A stretch of DNA of 64,000 nucleotides from a virus. The stretch is from positions 1 through 64,000 of IMG/VR virus record IMGVR_UViG_3300025195_000023, one strand, 5' to 3'. Of the stretch, positions 28,301 to 38,290 are shown one piece after another (positions within the stretch are counted from its first letter, which is position 1; the number at the start of each line of letters is the position of its first letter). The position numbers were made by a program, and so were the translations under genes. The notes under the pieces were generated by a model that saw only the letters and a list, made by a program, of their open reading frames with translations, was not told the DNA's origin and made no database searches.

Positions 28301-31300
28301 CGGCTGATGTGATCGGAACGACTTTCACCACTCCCGGGCTCCAGAGTGAACAGGAACTTGTGTAGCTGCTCGGCAGCACGACGCTCAGTGTCCGAAACCA
28401 GGGCACCGTCACCGGCTATCAGATCCTCCGGTTTAACCTGGTCACGGGCCTGCTTAAACAGCCGAGCCAGGTCACGGTAGGCCAAGGTCGAGGTATCCAG
28501 AATGCCCTGGATCGTTACTTCAACCTGTTCCAGCACGAAGGCTTCTTTTTGCGACAGCTTCACGTTCTGTGCCTGGACCTTGGATACGAACGGTGCCCGA
28601 CCACTGGCCAGGGCATTAAGGAACACATCTTCCGGTGTCCGGCCTGCTTTCCTGTCCACCATGGCGTAAACACCACCATGCGGGCCATGCACTGAGGTCA
28701 CAACCGAATCCAGCAAGTTAGCCAAATGTCCCCGACTGTCCGTACCTTTCAGGGCCCGGAACACTTCTTCAGTGGTCATCCGGTCTGTTTCCTGTACAGG
28801 ATCCGGGGCACTCTGCGTCAGGGTGCTTTCCATGGCTTTTGCTTGCTCAGCCTTGGAGGCCGCCAATAGGCCAGAAGTGTTGGCTACCAACAGTTCGATA
28901 CCGTTACGGCTTCCCCGGAACAGTCCCACGATGGCATCAATGAAGGCCTGCATACCTTTCACGGGCTTACGCTTGAGGTTCCGTGACTTCATCTCAATCC
29001 GAGCCAGTACATCTTGTTGGAATTCCAGGTTGGTCATACCCCAGGACACCAACTCATTGATGTTACTGACGGCTTCACCGTACTTGGTCTTCAGGGCAGG
29101 ACTGGCATCCACGTACTCCCGGGCTTGCTTGAGCAAAGCAGCCAACTCACTGACATACGGTGATACGGCCGGATTGTTGTGCTTCTTGTCTGCCTTCTTG
29201 GCAGCCAGTTCCCCATCAATGGTGGATTGCAGAACCGAGTGAAGCATCTCATGGGCCAGTAATTCCAGGTTCAGGTCGGACTCGACAAAGTCCGGGCCCT
29301 TCACGTAGATGGTAGAGGCTCCATCTGCTTCCCGACGGAACAGACCCTTCACGTTGTGCGGGTTACGCAGCTTCGGTGCCAGGGAAATCGGCGTCTCTGC
29401 AGTCACCATCTTGACCTTCAGATCCAGGTCCACATGCTTTTTCACTTCGGCCAGTACCGGACCCAGTAACTGACGACGACGGTCATTCTTGGGAATGGTG
29501 GCCATGGCCTTACGCATGTGACCCAGCAACTCATTTACCGTCATCTCAGGCTGATTCTGGAAGGCATTAACCAGTACCTGGTTCTCCGGTGACAGGGTTT
29601 TCTCACTGTGTGTGATCGTACCCCAAGGGGTTTCCAGGCGGCCGTTATACGCACGGTTCAGGAAGTCCACCACACGGCGTGCGCCTCGCTCATCCTGCGT
29701 CGCTTCCCGGGCGGCAGTCATCAGCATATCCTGCTGGTTCAGAGGACCATGGGTACCGGTCTGCTTCTGCTGCTCAGCCACCAAACGCCCCGTTGCCGCC
29801 AAGTCGTCCTTCAGGTCCTGCTCGATGTACTTGTTATCCTGAGCCACATCAATCAGATTCTGGATACGGGCAGGCGGTGCGTACCGAACGTCCCGGTGGC
29901 CAGCTTGTCTCCCTGCCAGATACCTGAACAGAATTTCCCGCATGTTATCCCGTTCGGCCTTGTTCTCCTGTCCCTTGTAGACACGACCCAGTGCCTCATC
30001 CAGGGAGCCAGTAGTCACATAGACCTGATTCAGCAACCGAAGATCGCGGACGAACTTCTTGTTGTCCTCGGTGATGGGCTTACCCTGGTCGATCAGGGCC
30101 TTCAGGCGGGCTTCTGCGGTTTCGGAGTATCGACGCAAGGCATCAGCAGCCAAACCAGGCTGACGGGCTTTACGGCGGGCCTGGCGTTGACGGATACGTT
30201 CCGCGATGGGTGTCTCCCGACGAGCCACGATCTTTTCCCGGTCCTCTGTCGTCACTTCATAGTGGCCACCAGGATAGCCATACTGGTTCACAACGGATAC
30301 GGTCTCCATCCAGTCCATAGCCCGGGAATCCATTTGCTGGGCTTTATCCAGCAGACCACCTACATGGGTACGCAGATCGCTGAAACGGTACTTTTTCGTC
30401 AGAGCCTGGTAAGCCTTGCGGAATTCTGGATCCTGGTTCAATTCACCCAGTCGGGCCTCAAACCCATCCAGGGTTTCAAACAGGGACTGCATGATCTCTT
30501 CCGGCAGGGAGTACTCGATCAGGGCGCGTACTGTTTCCTGGTTCATCCGGGAGGCCACTTCCATCAGCTGTTCTGGGGAGCCAATGGCCGCATCGTGGAC
30601 GTTCAGGATATTGAACGTCTTGTACACCCGGGAAATGATGGCACTATCCATGGCGTGAATGGCCATGATCACCGACGCCACACCCGGATCCACTTCCTCA
30701 GATTCACCGATCCGGTATTTCCAGGAGGTCAACTGGTTAACCTTGTGGAATTTGGATTCCGGAACCAGTGACGCATTCAGATCACCCGGTGCCAGCGGAA
30801 TCGGCCGGGCCATACCGACCTCACCGGTATTGCGCCACAGCTTCTCATCCGAGTGGACCTGTTTGGTCTTGGCCATACGGATACCGGCAGACTTGCGGCC
30901 GCCTTTGGACATGGCTGTATGGAGAATAGGCTGGATATCCTGTACCCGCTTCTGGATCTCCTGCTGCTGTTCCCGAGACAACGTCTGCAGATAGTTACCG
31001 TCAGGATCTCGAGCCAACAGGCCCTGGGCTTCCAGTTCAGCCAGGTATTTACGCTCTTCGTGGTCCCGAACCAGCTTGTACAGACCAAAGGTCAGACCGG
31101 CTGCAGAGTTCAGCGCCTTTCGGTCATCTATGAAGTCCTTGTACTGTTTTTCCAGCACGGTCCCCAGGTGCGTCCCTACGTGGTACTCAAACGCCGCTAC
31201 CAGGGCCTTACGCTGTTTGGGTGTGAAGGTGAAGTCACGCACATTCGCCGTCGTCAGTTTGAACTGCTTGATCTTCTGTGCGTTCGGCAAGAATCGGTTG

Positions 31301-34300
31301 ATCTCTTTGAACAGTGCCTTAATGTCCTCCCGATTTTGCTCATTCATGGGTTTCTTCAGGGCAGCATCCAATTGGTCGTACACCTTGTCGACCAACTGCT
31401 CACCCATGGTGGCAATAGAGCCCTTCTCACCGGCACCGAACATCAGCTTGGTCAGCAGGTTCTTGACCGCATTCCGACCCTTGGAGGATACGCTGGTACC
31501 ATCTTCGTTACGGAAGTTACCGAACATACGGAACATCAATTCCGTGAACTTACGGGTGTCTTCAGACGATTCACCGGCACGAATCAGTGTATCCGACAGG
31601 TCCCAACTCAAGGTCTGGTACAGGTCCTGTCCCCCCTTGGCCGCCCAGTCTCCGATGAATTCGTGTGCCTGCTCCGCGGTGAAGAACCCGCCTTTGGCAC
31701 CCCACTCAGCCACCAAGCCACCCAACTGACCCAGGGACAGCATAGGCCCATTGGTCTTGCCGTCACCTTCGCTGTGCAGCCGAGAGATGAAGGTATCCCC
31801 TTCACCCAGGTCTTTCTGATACAGGTGCCACAAGGCATCGAAGCTCCAGCTGTCTTCATCCAGTACGGCAGCCAGTGCGTCCTCCTGTTCTGGTTCCAGG
31901 ATGACACCGTTATCCAGCAACTTCAGAATACCAAGAGCCTCTTGGATATCCTCCCGGGCCACCAGTTCGTCGTAAGCCGCCACGGTATCTTCCAGGCGTT
32001 GCTGGTCGATCTTGCCACCGAAGGCTTCCACCACAGAGACCTTGAACATCATGCCCTGCAAACCGGACAGGTCTTTGGGGACTTCCATCTCCCATCCATC
32101 CATTTGCATGGCGATCCGGTGGAGTTTCTTCTCCTGCGGGTTAAACGTGGACGAGTCCAGGTGAACCCGTTGTTGACGGGCCACAAACCGTTTGAAGTAG
32201 AAAGGCTTGGTCTTGTCTTGCCCCATGGACTGGACAAAGTCGAACATGGTGTCGATATGTCGACGCAGTCCGTCATTACGTCCTTCCAGAGTCTTCAGCA
32301 GGTTCTTCTGTGTGGTGTTGGGATCCAGTTCCTGAATGCCCTGTACCTTCTCCAACAGGCGACGGGACATCTTGTTGAGGATGCCTCGCTCCGGATCCAG
32401 CATGTCCTGACGCAGGTAGTGCTTCTGCTTCTGTGCCTCAGCCAACGTCTCCCGCTGTTCCTTGGGCGTATCCTGATTGGTTCTACGGGTTTTCTTCGGA
32501 ACATCAGAATCCTGTGGCTCCTCAAAAACCGGATCCTTCTTGATCTGCTCCACATCAAACAACTTGTGAACCACCGCCTGAGTGCCTTTGACCTTGTTCT
32601 CAAACGACGTCACCTGGGGATTGTCTTCCCAACCCATGGGTGTTTCGACACGGTTAGATCGGACAAAGTAGGTGATTGGGGCTGTCTTCTTTCCCTTGGG
32701 AATCGGAGCCAGATACTCAGCCTGTACACCGATAACCTGCACATAGCCCAAGTCCCGTAACGCACCCAGACCAAGGGCACCAAAAGCACCGGCTAACTGG
32801 CCTTCATGGTTTTGCGGAGCACTCTTATTCAGTTTCTGACCCAGGGCCTGTACAACCCGCTGGCCAATGTCGTTCATCACCAACTTGTCCCGGGTACCGG
32901 CGTCCCACAGATCGTCCCGAGCATCTGGCGGTACCGTCTCACCGTCCTCCAGACCCAGGATACTGCGAATGGCATCCTCGTCGTTGTACCACAGTTCACT
33001 GCCGTTCTCGGACAACCAGGTGAACATACCCACGGCAACGGCAGTACGGACGTTTTCCTCCATCTTGCCGTCTTCATCCATGAAGTAGTTCAGCATGTTT
33101 CGATGCTGGTAGCCTTTCTTCCGCTTGGTCAGCCCGTTGATGTGTTCGATCCACTTCGGCGCGAGTTCAGCAAAGTAGGCGATGGCCTCACGTTGCTTCT
33201 CCCGAATTTCGGGATCTTCAGACAGGGTGACACCCAGGGCCTCCGGGCTGTACTTGTTAGGAACCAACAGATTCGACACATAGTCCTTGTTGGCTGTCAG
33301 AGGCAGTCCTTTGCGCGTGGTGAAGTACGCCTCAGCCAGGTTCTCGGATTCGATGGCATCCTTACCCAAGGTACCGGAAACCTCATCCTCCCGGGCGTTA
33401 CGTCGGGCGTCGATATCCAGTACCGACTCCGGTGCGTTGATACCGTCACCTTTGGCTAGGACTGTGTCAGGCTCTCCAGAGTCATTTGTGCGTTCTTCAG
33501 TAGTTGCCTGTGTATCTCGGCCGGTATTGGTATCTCCCTGATCTCCGTCCCGAGCGACAGGATCGTTGGTGGATCCAGTTTCAGCCTCTGGTTCAGTAAC
33601 TGGTTCCGGTGTTGCTGCCTCTGTCTCTGGTTCCGCTTCCGGTTGAGCTTCAGTCGTAGATTGGTTGGCTTCTTCCGCATACACAGGCTCCTGTTCGATT
33701 TCCTGCTCAATGGCCGCAGCGTTATCCGCCAGGGCATCCAGATCATCCACTGGGGCGGCATCGTTAGCCGCAGGACGTGGGGCGGTACCAACAGCTTGGG
33801 CTGCTTGGAGTTCTTCCAAGGCAGCACCCAGCATCCGGGCTTCCATCTTCATCTTGGCCAGGGTGTCAGTCATCTTCCCTGGCTTGGCGTTGAAGTTCAG
33901 ACCCCCATTTTCTTTCAGGGCTTTGTCATCCAATCGCTGACCGGTGTTGATCTCCCACCCCAGGTTCCCCTCGGCATCCTTGGTGGCGATCATCTGTACC
34001 TGACGACCAGACTCAATGGCCTGACGTTGGGCTTCCTCAGCCACCGCTGCCTTTTCATTGTGAGAGTTACTGAACCGCTCCAGGTCGGACAACAGGCGAT
34101 TGGCATTGCGTTGATTACCGGTAACCACTGCACGTTGGATTGCCTGACGGTATTGCGGTAGAGATCGGAATCCCTGGCTAGGGTTAGTGGAGAGGATATC
34201 CAGGCTTACCTGGTCAAAATCCTTGGCTTCATCGTCCACTTGCTTACGCTCAGCCAACTTCCGCAGATAGGTACGTTGTTCCTGGGACAGATCCAGAGAT

Positions 34301-36480
34301 GTATCTTCTGCCAGACTGGCTGCTGTTGGTGCATCCAGAATATCCGGGTTTTCCATGGCATACGTCACAGCCTGTGAGGCAGCCTGTGAGCGTGCTTCTA
34401 CATCGGCCGTCTCATCGGTCGCCTGCGACACAACATCACTGGCTCCGGCGTCCTGGGTGGCCTCCACGGAGGACTGCTGGCTTTCCTGACGAACCTCTTC
34501 CCGGTACTGCACCAAGCTCCGACGTAACGCTTCCCGGTCTTTCTTGTCCTGGCGGCTATCCTTCTTGGCAGTAGCCATTTCCTTGCGTAGCTCAGCGGCC
34601 CGGGTTCTTAGTGGTTCGATTCCTTCGAGGTTGTCGGACAGCTCACGTTCTTTGATCTGTCCTTCGATATTCTTCAGTTCCTCCTCGTTCTTGCGGAGCG
34701 TCTGAGGGGACATATTCTCGGTGAACTGATCCAGTGCCTGGATCTCAAAGTCCAAACGTTCATCAAGACGATCCAGTGCTTCACGCGCCTGCTGCTGGAA
34801 TTCCGGTGCCACACCGCCCTGGGTGTTACGGGCCAAGGTAAGCACGGAGTTGGACAGGGCCTCTACATCAATGTCCGGGGTTTCATCCGGATCCAGTAGC
34901 CGATCCATCTCACCATCACGGATCATGTCCGCAACCGAACGGTTAGCCTCCCTCTGTACCTCATCGTCTTTCTTGGCCTGGATCGCCTTGGCTTGCTTAG
35001 TTTTGGCACGAGTTTCAGCCACTTCACCGGCCGCACCGATACCTGTACCCACACCGGTACCGATCACCGCTCCGGTAAACACCTCTTCACCGTCGGCTTC
35101 ATCCAGGGACGCCCAACCACTTTCCGCACCGGATTGCAGACCTTCGGTCACACCTTCACCGGCACCCTTGCCAGCAGTCCCGGTGGCCACACCCATGGCT
35201 TTACGAGCTATCGAACGTTCAGCCGCCTGAACAATGGCTGCCTCGGCAGCTTCCAGACCTTTGTTCCCGAAGCCCCGGATCAGAGACGTATCCATGACGT
35301 AATCGGCAGAACCTGAGGCCAGGGCCACCGCCGTCATCAGGGTGTTCTCATCCTGAGTGGGTAGACGGCCTTCACGCTCTTTGAAGTCCGCAACACCGTT
35401 GCGATAGACCTCACTGGCATAGGACAGGTTGGTGGCTGCCAGCAAGGGTTTGAACATGGCACCACCGGCCAGCTCCGGTACGTTCTCGGACAGGTACTGT
35501 AGAACGGCCAGCTTGTTCTCGGACAGATCCAGGCCACCGTCTACCAGCAATTTACCGACAGCCAGGGCTCCAGTCTTCAGGGCACCGACAGTATCCCCGG
35601 AGTCCCACAACTCAGTGGCGGTATCCAGGCCTGCCTTGTTACGTTCCCAAGAGGCCTTCACGTCCTTGATCAACTCATCCCGTGTCAGTGGGTTGAGCTT
35701 ACCCTCAACCTTGACAGCATCACTGACTTCCTGACCCTTTTCGAGGTTCTCCAAGGCTGAATCCAATAGTTCACGAGACGTCTTACCGTCCACACGGGAA
35801 CCAGGGGTATGTGTGGCCATATCCCGGTTGCTTACCGGGGTATCCAGGTAAGCCGCTTCGTCCTCGGTAATCGGTACCAGGGCCTGTTCCTGTTGATCCA
35901 GTGCCTTGAGCTGTGTGTCCCGGGTGTCTTTGTCGATCCGGCCCATGAGGTCCGCCACAGAGAGGCGTCGCTTCTGTTCCTGGATTTGCTCTTTCTGTTT
36001 GCGATACATAAGGTCACGGGAATAGATATCCCGGGCCCGATCATCGGTTTGCTCCAGACTACGACGGCCTTGCTCGGTAAAGGGCATAGCTCCCAGCCGA
36101 CCCAGGGCGGCACTACCACCCTCATACGCGGCCGCTGCGTTCTGCTTGGCTTCACCCCACAGAGACCCCAGTTCTAAATCATCGGCCAACGCCGTACTTT
36201 CACGGGCAGCTCGTTCCTGTTCGGCCGCGGAGTAATTCGCCGCCATGTCCTGAAACTGGCGATCCTGGAAGTGCTTCACAGCTTCCGGAGTTGTTGCTCC
36301 ACCGTTTTCACGGTAGGCCTTGAAGGTGTCGTACTGTTGCCAGGGTTGAGCATCATTGGCAGCCTGTCGGCGTGCCAGTTCCTGTTTTTTACGTTCCGCA
36401 GCCTCAGCTACCTGGGCCTCCTTGGCCACAGGTGCGAAGCGTGCAATGGCTTGATCCAACATATCCAGACTGTTTGACAT
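25375..36480 (-). CDS. Virion-encapsidated RNA polymerase (N4 gp50-like vRNAP)
   Basis: 3701 aa, no Cys seen on reading; motif A EGDGKTNGP, motif B RNAVKNLLTKLMFG, motif C NVHDA; HEMLH zincin-like motif in the C-terminal region. Confidence 0.96.
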   Translation of the reverse strand: MSNSLDMLDQAIARFAPVAKEAQVAEAAERKKQELARRQAANDAQPWQQYDTFKAYRENGGATTPEAVKHFQDRQFQDMAANYSAAEQERAARESTALADDLELGSLWGEAKQNAAAAYEGGSAALGRLGAMPFTEQGRRSLEQTDDRARDIYSRDLMYRKQKEQIQEQKRRLSVADLMGRIDKDTRDTQLKALDQQEQALVPITEDEAAYLDTPVSNRDMATHTPGSRVDGKTSRELLDSALENLEKGQEVSDAVKVEGKLNPLTRDELIKDVKASWERNKAGLDTATELWDSGDTVGALKTGALAVGKLLVDGGLDLSENKLAVLQYLSENVPELAGGAMFKPLLAATNLSYASEVYRNGVADFKEREGRLPTQDENTLMTAVALASGSADYVMDTSLIRGFGNKGLEAAEAAIVQAAERSIARKAMGVATGTAGKGAGEGVTEGLQSGAESGWASLDEADGEEVFTGAVIGTGVGTGIGAAGEVAETRAKTKQAKAIQAKKDDEVQREANRSVADMIRDGEMDRLLDPDETPDIDVEALSNSVLTLARNTQGGVAPEFQQQAREALDRLDERLDFEIQALDQFTENMSPQTLRKNEEELKNIEGQIKERELSDNLEGIEPLRTRAAELRKEMATAKKDSRQDKKDREALRRSLVQYREEVRQESQQSSVEATQDAGASDVVSQATDETADVEARSQAASQAVTYAMENPDILDAPTAASLAEDTSLDLSQEQRTYLRKLAERKQVDDEAKDFDQVSLDILSTNPSQGFRSLPQYRQAIQRAVVTGNQRNANRLLSDLERFSNSHNEKAAVAEEAQRQAIESGRQVQMIATKDAEGNLGWEINTGQRLDDKALKENGGLNFNAKPGKMTDTLAKMKMEARMLGAALEELQAAQAVGTAPRPAANDAAPVDDLDALADNAAAIEQEIEQEPVYAEEANQSTTEAQPEAEPETEAATPEPVTEPEAETGSTNDPVARDGDQGDTNTGRDTQATTEERTNDSGEPDTVLAKGDGINAPESVLDIDARRNAREDEVSGTLGKDAIESENLAEAYFTTRKGLPLTANKDYVSNLLVPNKYSPEALGVTLSEDPEIREKQREAIAYFAELAPKWIEHINGLTKRKKGYQHRNMLNYFMDEDGKMEENVRTAVAVGMFTWLSENGSELWYNDEDAIRSILGLEDGETVPPDARDDLWDAGTRDKLVMNDIGQRVVQALGQKLNKSAPQNHEGQLAGAFGALGLGALRDLGYVQVIGVQAEYLAPIPKGKKTAPITYFVRSNRVETPMGWEDNPQVTSFENKVKGTQAVVHKLFDVEQIKKDPVFEEPQDSDVPKKTRRTNQDTPKEQRETLAEAQKQKHYLRQDMLDPERGILNKMSRRLLEKVQGIQELDPNTTQKNLLKTLEGRNDGLRRHIDTMFDFVQSMGQDKTKPFYFKRFVARQQRVHLDSSTFNPQEKKLHRIAMQMDGWEMEVPKDLSGLQGMMFKVSVVEAFGGKIDQQRLEDTVAAYDELVAREDIQEALGILKLLDNGVILEPEQEDALAAVLDEDSWSFDALWHLYQKDLGEGDTFISRLHSEGDGKTNGPMLSLGQLGGLVAEWGAKGGFFTAEQAHEFIGDWAAKGGQDLYQTLSWDLSDTLIRAGESSEDTRKFTELMFRMFGNFRNEDGTSVSSKGRNAVKNLLTKLMFGAGEKGSIATMGEQLVDKVYDQLDAALKKPMNEQNREDIKALFKEINRFLPNAQKIKQFKLTTANVRDFTFTPKQRKALVAAFEYHVGTHLGTVLEKQYKDFIDDRKALNSAAGLTFGLYKLVRDHEERKYLAELEAQGLLARDPDGNYLQTLSREQQQEIQKRVQDIQPILHTAMSKGGRKSAGIRMAKTKQVHSDEKLWRNTGEVGMARPIPLAPGDLNASLVPESKFHKVNQLTSWKYRIGESEEVDPGVASVIMAIHAMDSAIISRVYKTFNILNVHDAAIGSPEQLMEVASRMNQETVRALIEYSLPEEIMQSLFETLDGFEARLGELNQDPEFRKAYQALTKKYRFSDLRTHVGGLLDKAQQMDSRAMDWMETVSVVNQYGYPGGHYEVTTEDREKIVARRETPIAERIRQRQARRKARQPGLAADALRRYSETAEARLKALIDQGKPITEDNKKFVRDLRLLNQVYVTTGSLDEALGRVYKGQENKAERDNMREILFRYLAGRQAGHRDVRYAPPARIQNLIDVAQDNKYIEQDLKDDLAATGRLVAEQQKQTGTHGPLNQQDMLMTAAREATQDERGARRVVDFLNRAYNGRLETPWGTITHSEKTLSPENQVLVNAFQNQPEMTVNELLGHMRKAMATIPKNDRRRQLLGPVLAEVKKHVDLDLKVKMVTAETPISLAPKLRNPHNVKGLFRREADGASTIYVKGPDFVESDLNLELLAHEMLHSVLQSTIDGELAAKKADKKHNNPAVSPYVSELAALLKQAREYVDASPALKTKYGEAVSNINELVSWGMTNLEFQQDVLARIEMKSRNLKRKPVKGMQAFIDAIVGLFRGSRNGIELLVANTSGLLAASKAEQAKAMESTLTQSAPDPVQETDRMTTEEVFRALKGTDSRGHLANLLDSVVTSVHGPHGGVYAMVDRKAGRTPEDVFLNALASGRAPFVSKVQAQNVKLSQKEAFVLEQVEVTIQGILDTSTLAYRDLARLFKQARDQVKPEDLIAGDGALVSDTERRAAEQLHKFLFTLEPGSGESRSDHISRFAAMALVYPPLQKALNYNGNADTTAATDKLGDQIQSWFTAGTQALTNVFSGTVSNQDAQERLERLVTKLVDIESARKGRLANERIGVIDQIENAQREAGGTVRETVAKVAESSMVQNSSVATIRAAGKVTSMAAQDKLDTLFDNMENFRNRHGAKRQNLMLGIASEVRGAIPATQKLFDLMDHFSVIQNERKTRKDTTAKQVRDMLPDATEAEREALTKGILKTDLVALAETYTQEQITDMVRDNAALQRAIEETEASLAQVSGKHQAYYVNQAMATGHFMATGRTSRNLMMNVHNIAHKVGMPDAHQVPDNIVEPSKAILDRLVTLYALKDTDGDTRRITARVMTEMPEGVKFVMGMAQKYKDQSMVELFDNDPHLFAKGYIKEIYSPYVDVKAATRAEGIALEKAGYARGEMVPADPAAPDQTTRHIYVRKDGGLPPWISGALSMSGMRRKGSAIHGGMSDLLPEEVNQSLAIKTQNTTNRMAKSLLDLEKPGFNRNLANREDVALAPVVNRKGEIVNYRYLMTEANKDAFLERDTRVDSVLGAMGSAIYDKPASAEHNRNVIEALKETYDMDYRDNPSRYLEFGPDSPDKRIRETYQMLPEATKQAIRDVWGRNGLKVRNDVLDLVFGYRQYSLSEAWQSAEQGFMEELTFGVLEFFFKDKTALRGMQIGRVWDMLVNEIKDIVVIKNLFTFLGNVRSNLSILLWYGVNPIKGARDHAVAIDGLLRYQRDRRELLRLENLRDSQTYSGTLDQLNQDILELQHALATNPVTELVDAGQFQTIMEDIDTEDDGFSYKSRIAEWVDGKAQNLPSGLVTAGKYMYMSQDTLLYKALFKSTQMSDFVARYTLYQHLLTRKNNPMSKEDALREIRDAFVVYDVPSHRALDYMNRKGLVFFTKYYLRIQRVLWRLMRDHPVRGLMTAFGFSYLLDAPTVMESSALGRIGNNPLDVGAFGYPGVLDELLTMQMATSPFR

Positions 36481-37877
36481 TATTGGCCCTTCAGGTTCTG
36501 ACGGAATGTATTTTCGGCCCGGAGAGTGTCCGTGAACTTGGACAACTCGCTGGCTGCGTTATCCTCCAACTCCCGAACAACACGCTTATTCCGGGTAGAC
36601 TTAACCCACTCTTTGAAGGCTTTCCGCATTTCCTTATCCAGGTTCTCTTTGACAATGTCCTTGTCACCAAAAAGGACCTCATCCTCTGCGGATTTCTGGA
36701 ACGCAACCTTCATGATGTTGCCCCAAGGCGGGGAACTTCCTGGTGGAAGACTTCCATCATCAACCAGAACGGATAGATCGTCCTGAATATCAGCATCCTT
36801 CTTGATACTGGCCACAATCTCGTTGGTGTCTTGCAGCAGATCAAAATCGTCCACACCGAGTTCACGGGCGTAATCAAACGCATCCCCTTCTGACATCTGC
36901 TGTCCGTCAGTGAAGGCAAACTCCTCGTTGATCGGGTAGTCCTCTCTGGCCCGCTGAAGCTCCTTAGCCTGTTGTTCCTCAAAGGTCTCTACCCGAGTGA
37001 GTTGCTGGGGCAACAGGTCTCGGCTGGATGCCCAGGCTTGCGGTAAACCCGCTACGGCTTGGCTGATCGCTTGTGGCGAAATGCCTTCCGCCTCGCCGGA
37101 CTGTACCCACTCGTTGAAACGGTTACGTGCCTCAACCACGCCATTACTGTTTGTAATCAGCTCGCGTACTTTTGACTCTACAGAGGCTGTGTCACTGCGT
37201 GCTTTCTGTGTTTGGTCAAACTCTGTTTGTCGTTGATCTGCTTCGGTCATTCGTACATCGTGCAGTTCACCACCACGCTCAAACTCAGTACCTTCCCGGG
37301 TAAAGCGGACACCGTCCCGGTAGTTATCTGTGATACCACTGAGGCGATCATTCAGCGTGCCCAACAGTTTGGCCTTCGTCGCATCCTGCACACCCAATCC
37401 ACTGATGTACTGGGTCAGTTCCTGTTGTGTCGCCTGACGCTGTGCTGGATCCAGGTTGTTGGGCAAGGCCGCAATACGGGCAGAGGCTTCACCCACCAAG
37501 GGTTGTTCCTGGCGAGTCAGCTGCGTCTGATCGTATTCGTATTGCTGATTCGCCTGATCCCGCAATGTGGCCAAGCGTTGATCCACCGCGGCTGGATTGA
37601 TGGCATTGGCATCCACCAGACGGCCCAGGCCCTGACGGAAGTTCTGGATCTCACCGGCTTCCCGGGCTGCCTGTAGCTCCTCCGGGGTACGGTATTGGCC
37701 CAGCATCTCAGTGAACTTCTGCGTGTTGCGGTCGGTCACCCCCTCGGTGTAGCCGTCCAGGGATTTACGGAGACTGTCAAAGGCTGAGTTGAATGAACCC
37801 TCAGCCCCTGTCAGCAGCGAACCGGCCAGGTTGTTTGACCCACCGGAGACATTACGCCAGGTAATCGGTCCTGCCAT
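36480..37877 (-). CDS. Internal virion/ejection protein (N4 gp51-like)
   Basis: MAGPITWRNV N-terminus; directly upstream of vRNAP. Confidence 0.8.
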   Translation of the reverse strand: MAGPITWRNVSGGSNNLAGSLLTGAEGSFNSAFDSLRKSLDGYTEGVTDRNTQKFTEMLGQYRTPEELQAAREAGEIQNFRQGLGRLVDANAINPAAVDQRLATLRDQANQQYEYDQTQLTRQEQPLVGEASARIAALPNNLDPAQRQATQQELTQYISGLGVQDATKAKLLGTLNDRLSGITDNYRDGVRFTREGTEFERGGELHDVRMTEADQRQTEFDQTQKARSDTASVESKVRELITNSNGVVEARNRFNEWVQSGEAEGISPQAISQAVAGLPQAWASSRDLLPQQLTRVETFEEQQAKELQRAREDYPINEEFAFTDGQQMSEGDAFDYARELGVDDFDLLQDTNEIVASIKKDADIQDDLSVLVDDGSLPPGSSPPWGNIMKVAFQKSAEDEVLFGDKDIVKENLDKEMRKAFKEWVKSTRNKRVVRELEDNAASELSKFTDTLRAENTFRQNLKGQ

Positions 37878-38290
37878 TATTTAACTCCCCATTGCTTCAT
37901 GTACTCGGCCACCGGTTGCGCGTTCGGATTGGCCGACGCACGTACCTGCTGAGCCAGAGCCAGACGGTTATTGGTCAAGTTCTTCTGGGCACCCCAGTTC
38001 ATGTCGAATTGGCGCTTGTTCTCGGCCAGCTGTTGCTTGGCCAGGTCCAGCTTCTTCATACCCATCCAACCGTTCATCAGTGTCTGGGCACCACCCAAGG
38101 CCAGACCACCCCACCCGTCTTTGCCCAGGAAATTACTGAACATGCCACCGCCGGAACCGCCACCCAGGTCCATTCCTGACATGAATTGCAGTTCGTTATT
38201 TCCCAAACCAGGAACAGCATTAAAAGAGTCCGCCATGATGTTGTCCACCATGCTGGTATCTGCCTGACCCCAATTAAGTAATCCGCTCAT
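37877..38290 (-). CDS. Ejection protein (N4 gp52-like)
   Basis: Gly-rich hydrophobic segment followed by AKQQLAENKRQFDMNW; synteny. Confidence 0.8.
   Translation of the reverse strand: MSGLLNWGQADTSMVDNIMADSFNAVPGLGNNELQFMSGMDLGGGSGGGMFSNFLGKDGWGGLALGGAQTLMNGWMGMKKLDLAKQQLAENKRQFDMNWGAQKNLTNNRLALAQQVRASANPNAQPVAEYMKQWGVK

Noticed and set aside
30853-32760. 635-aa plus-strand ORF and other long ORFs antisense to vRNAP
   Set aside because: Shadow frames of a codon-biased gene; no recognisable motifs or RBS.
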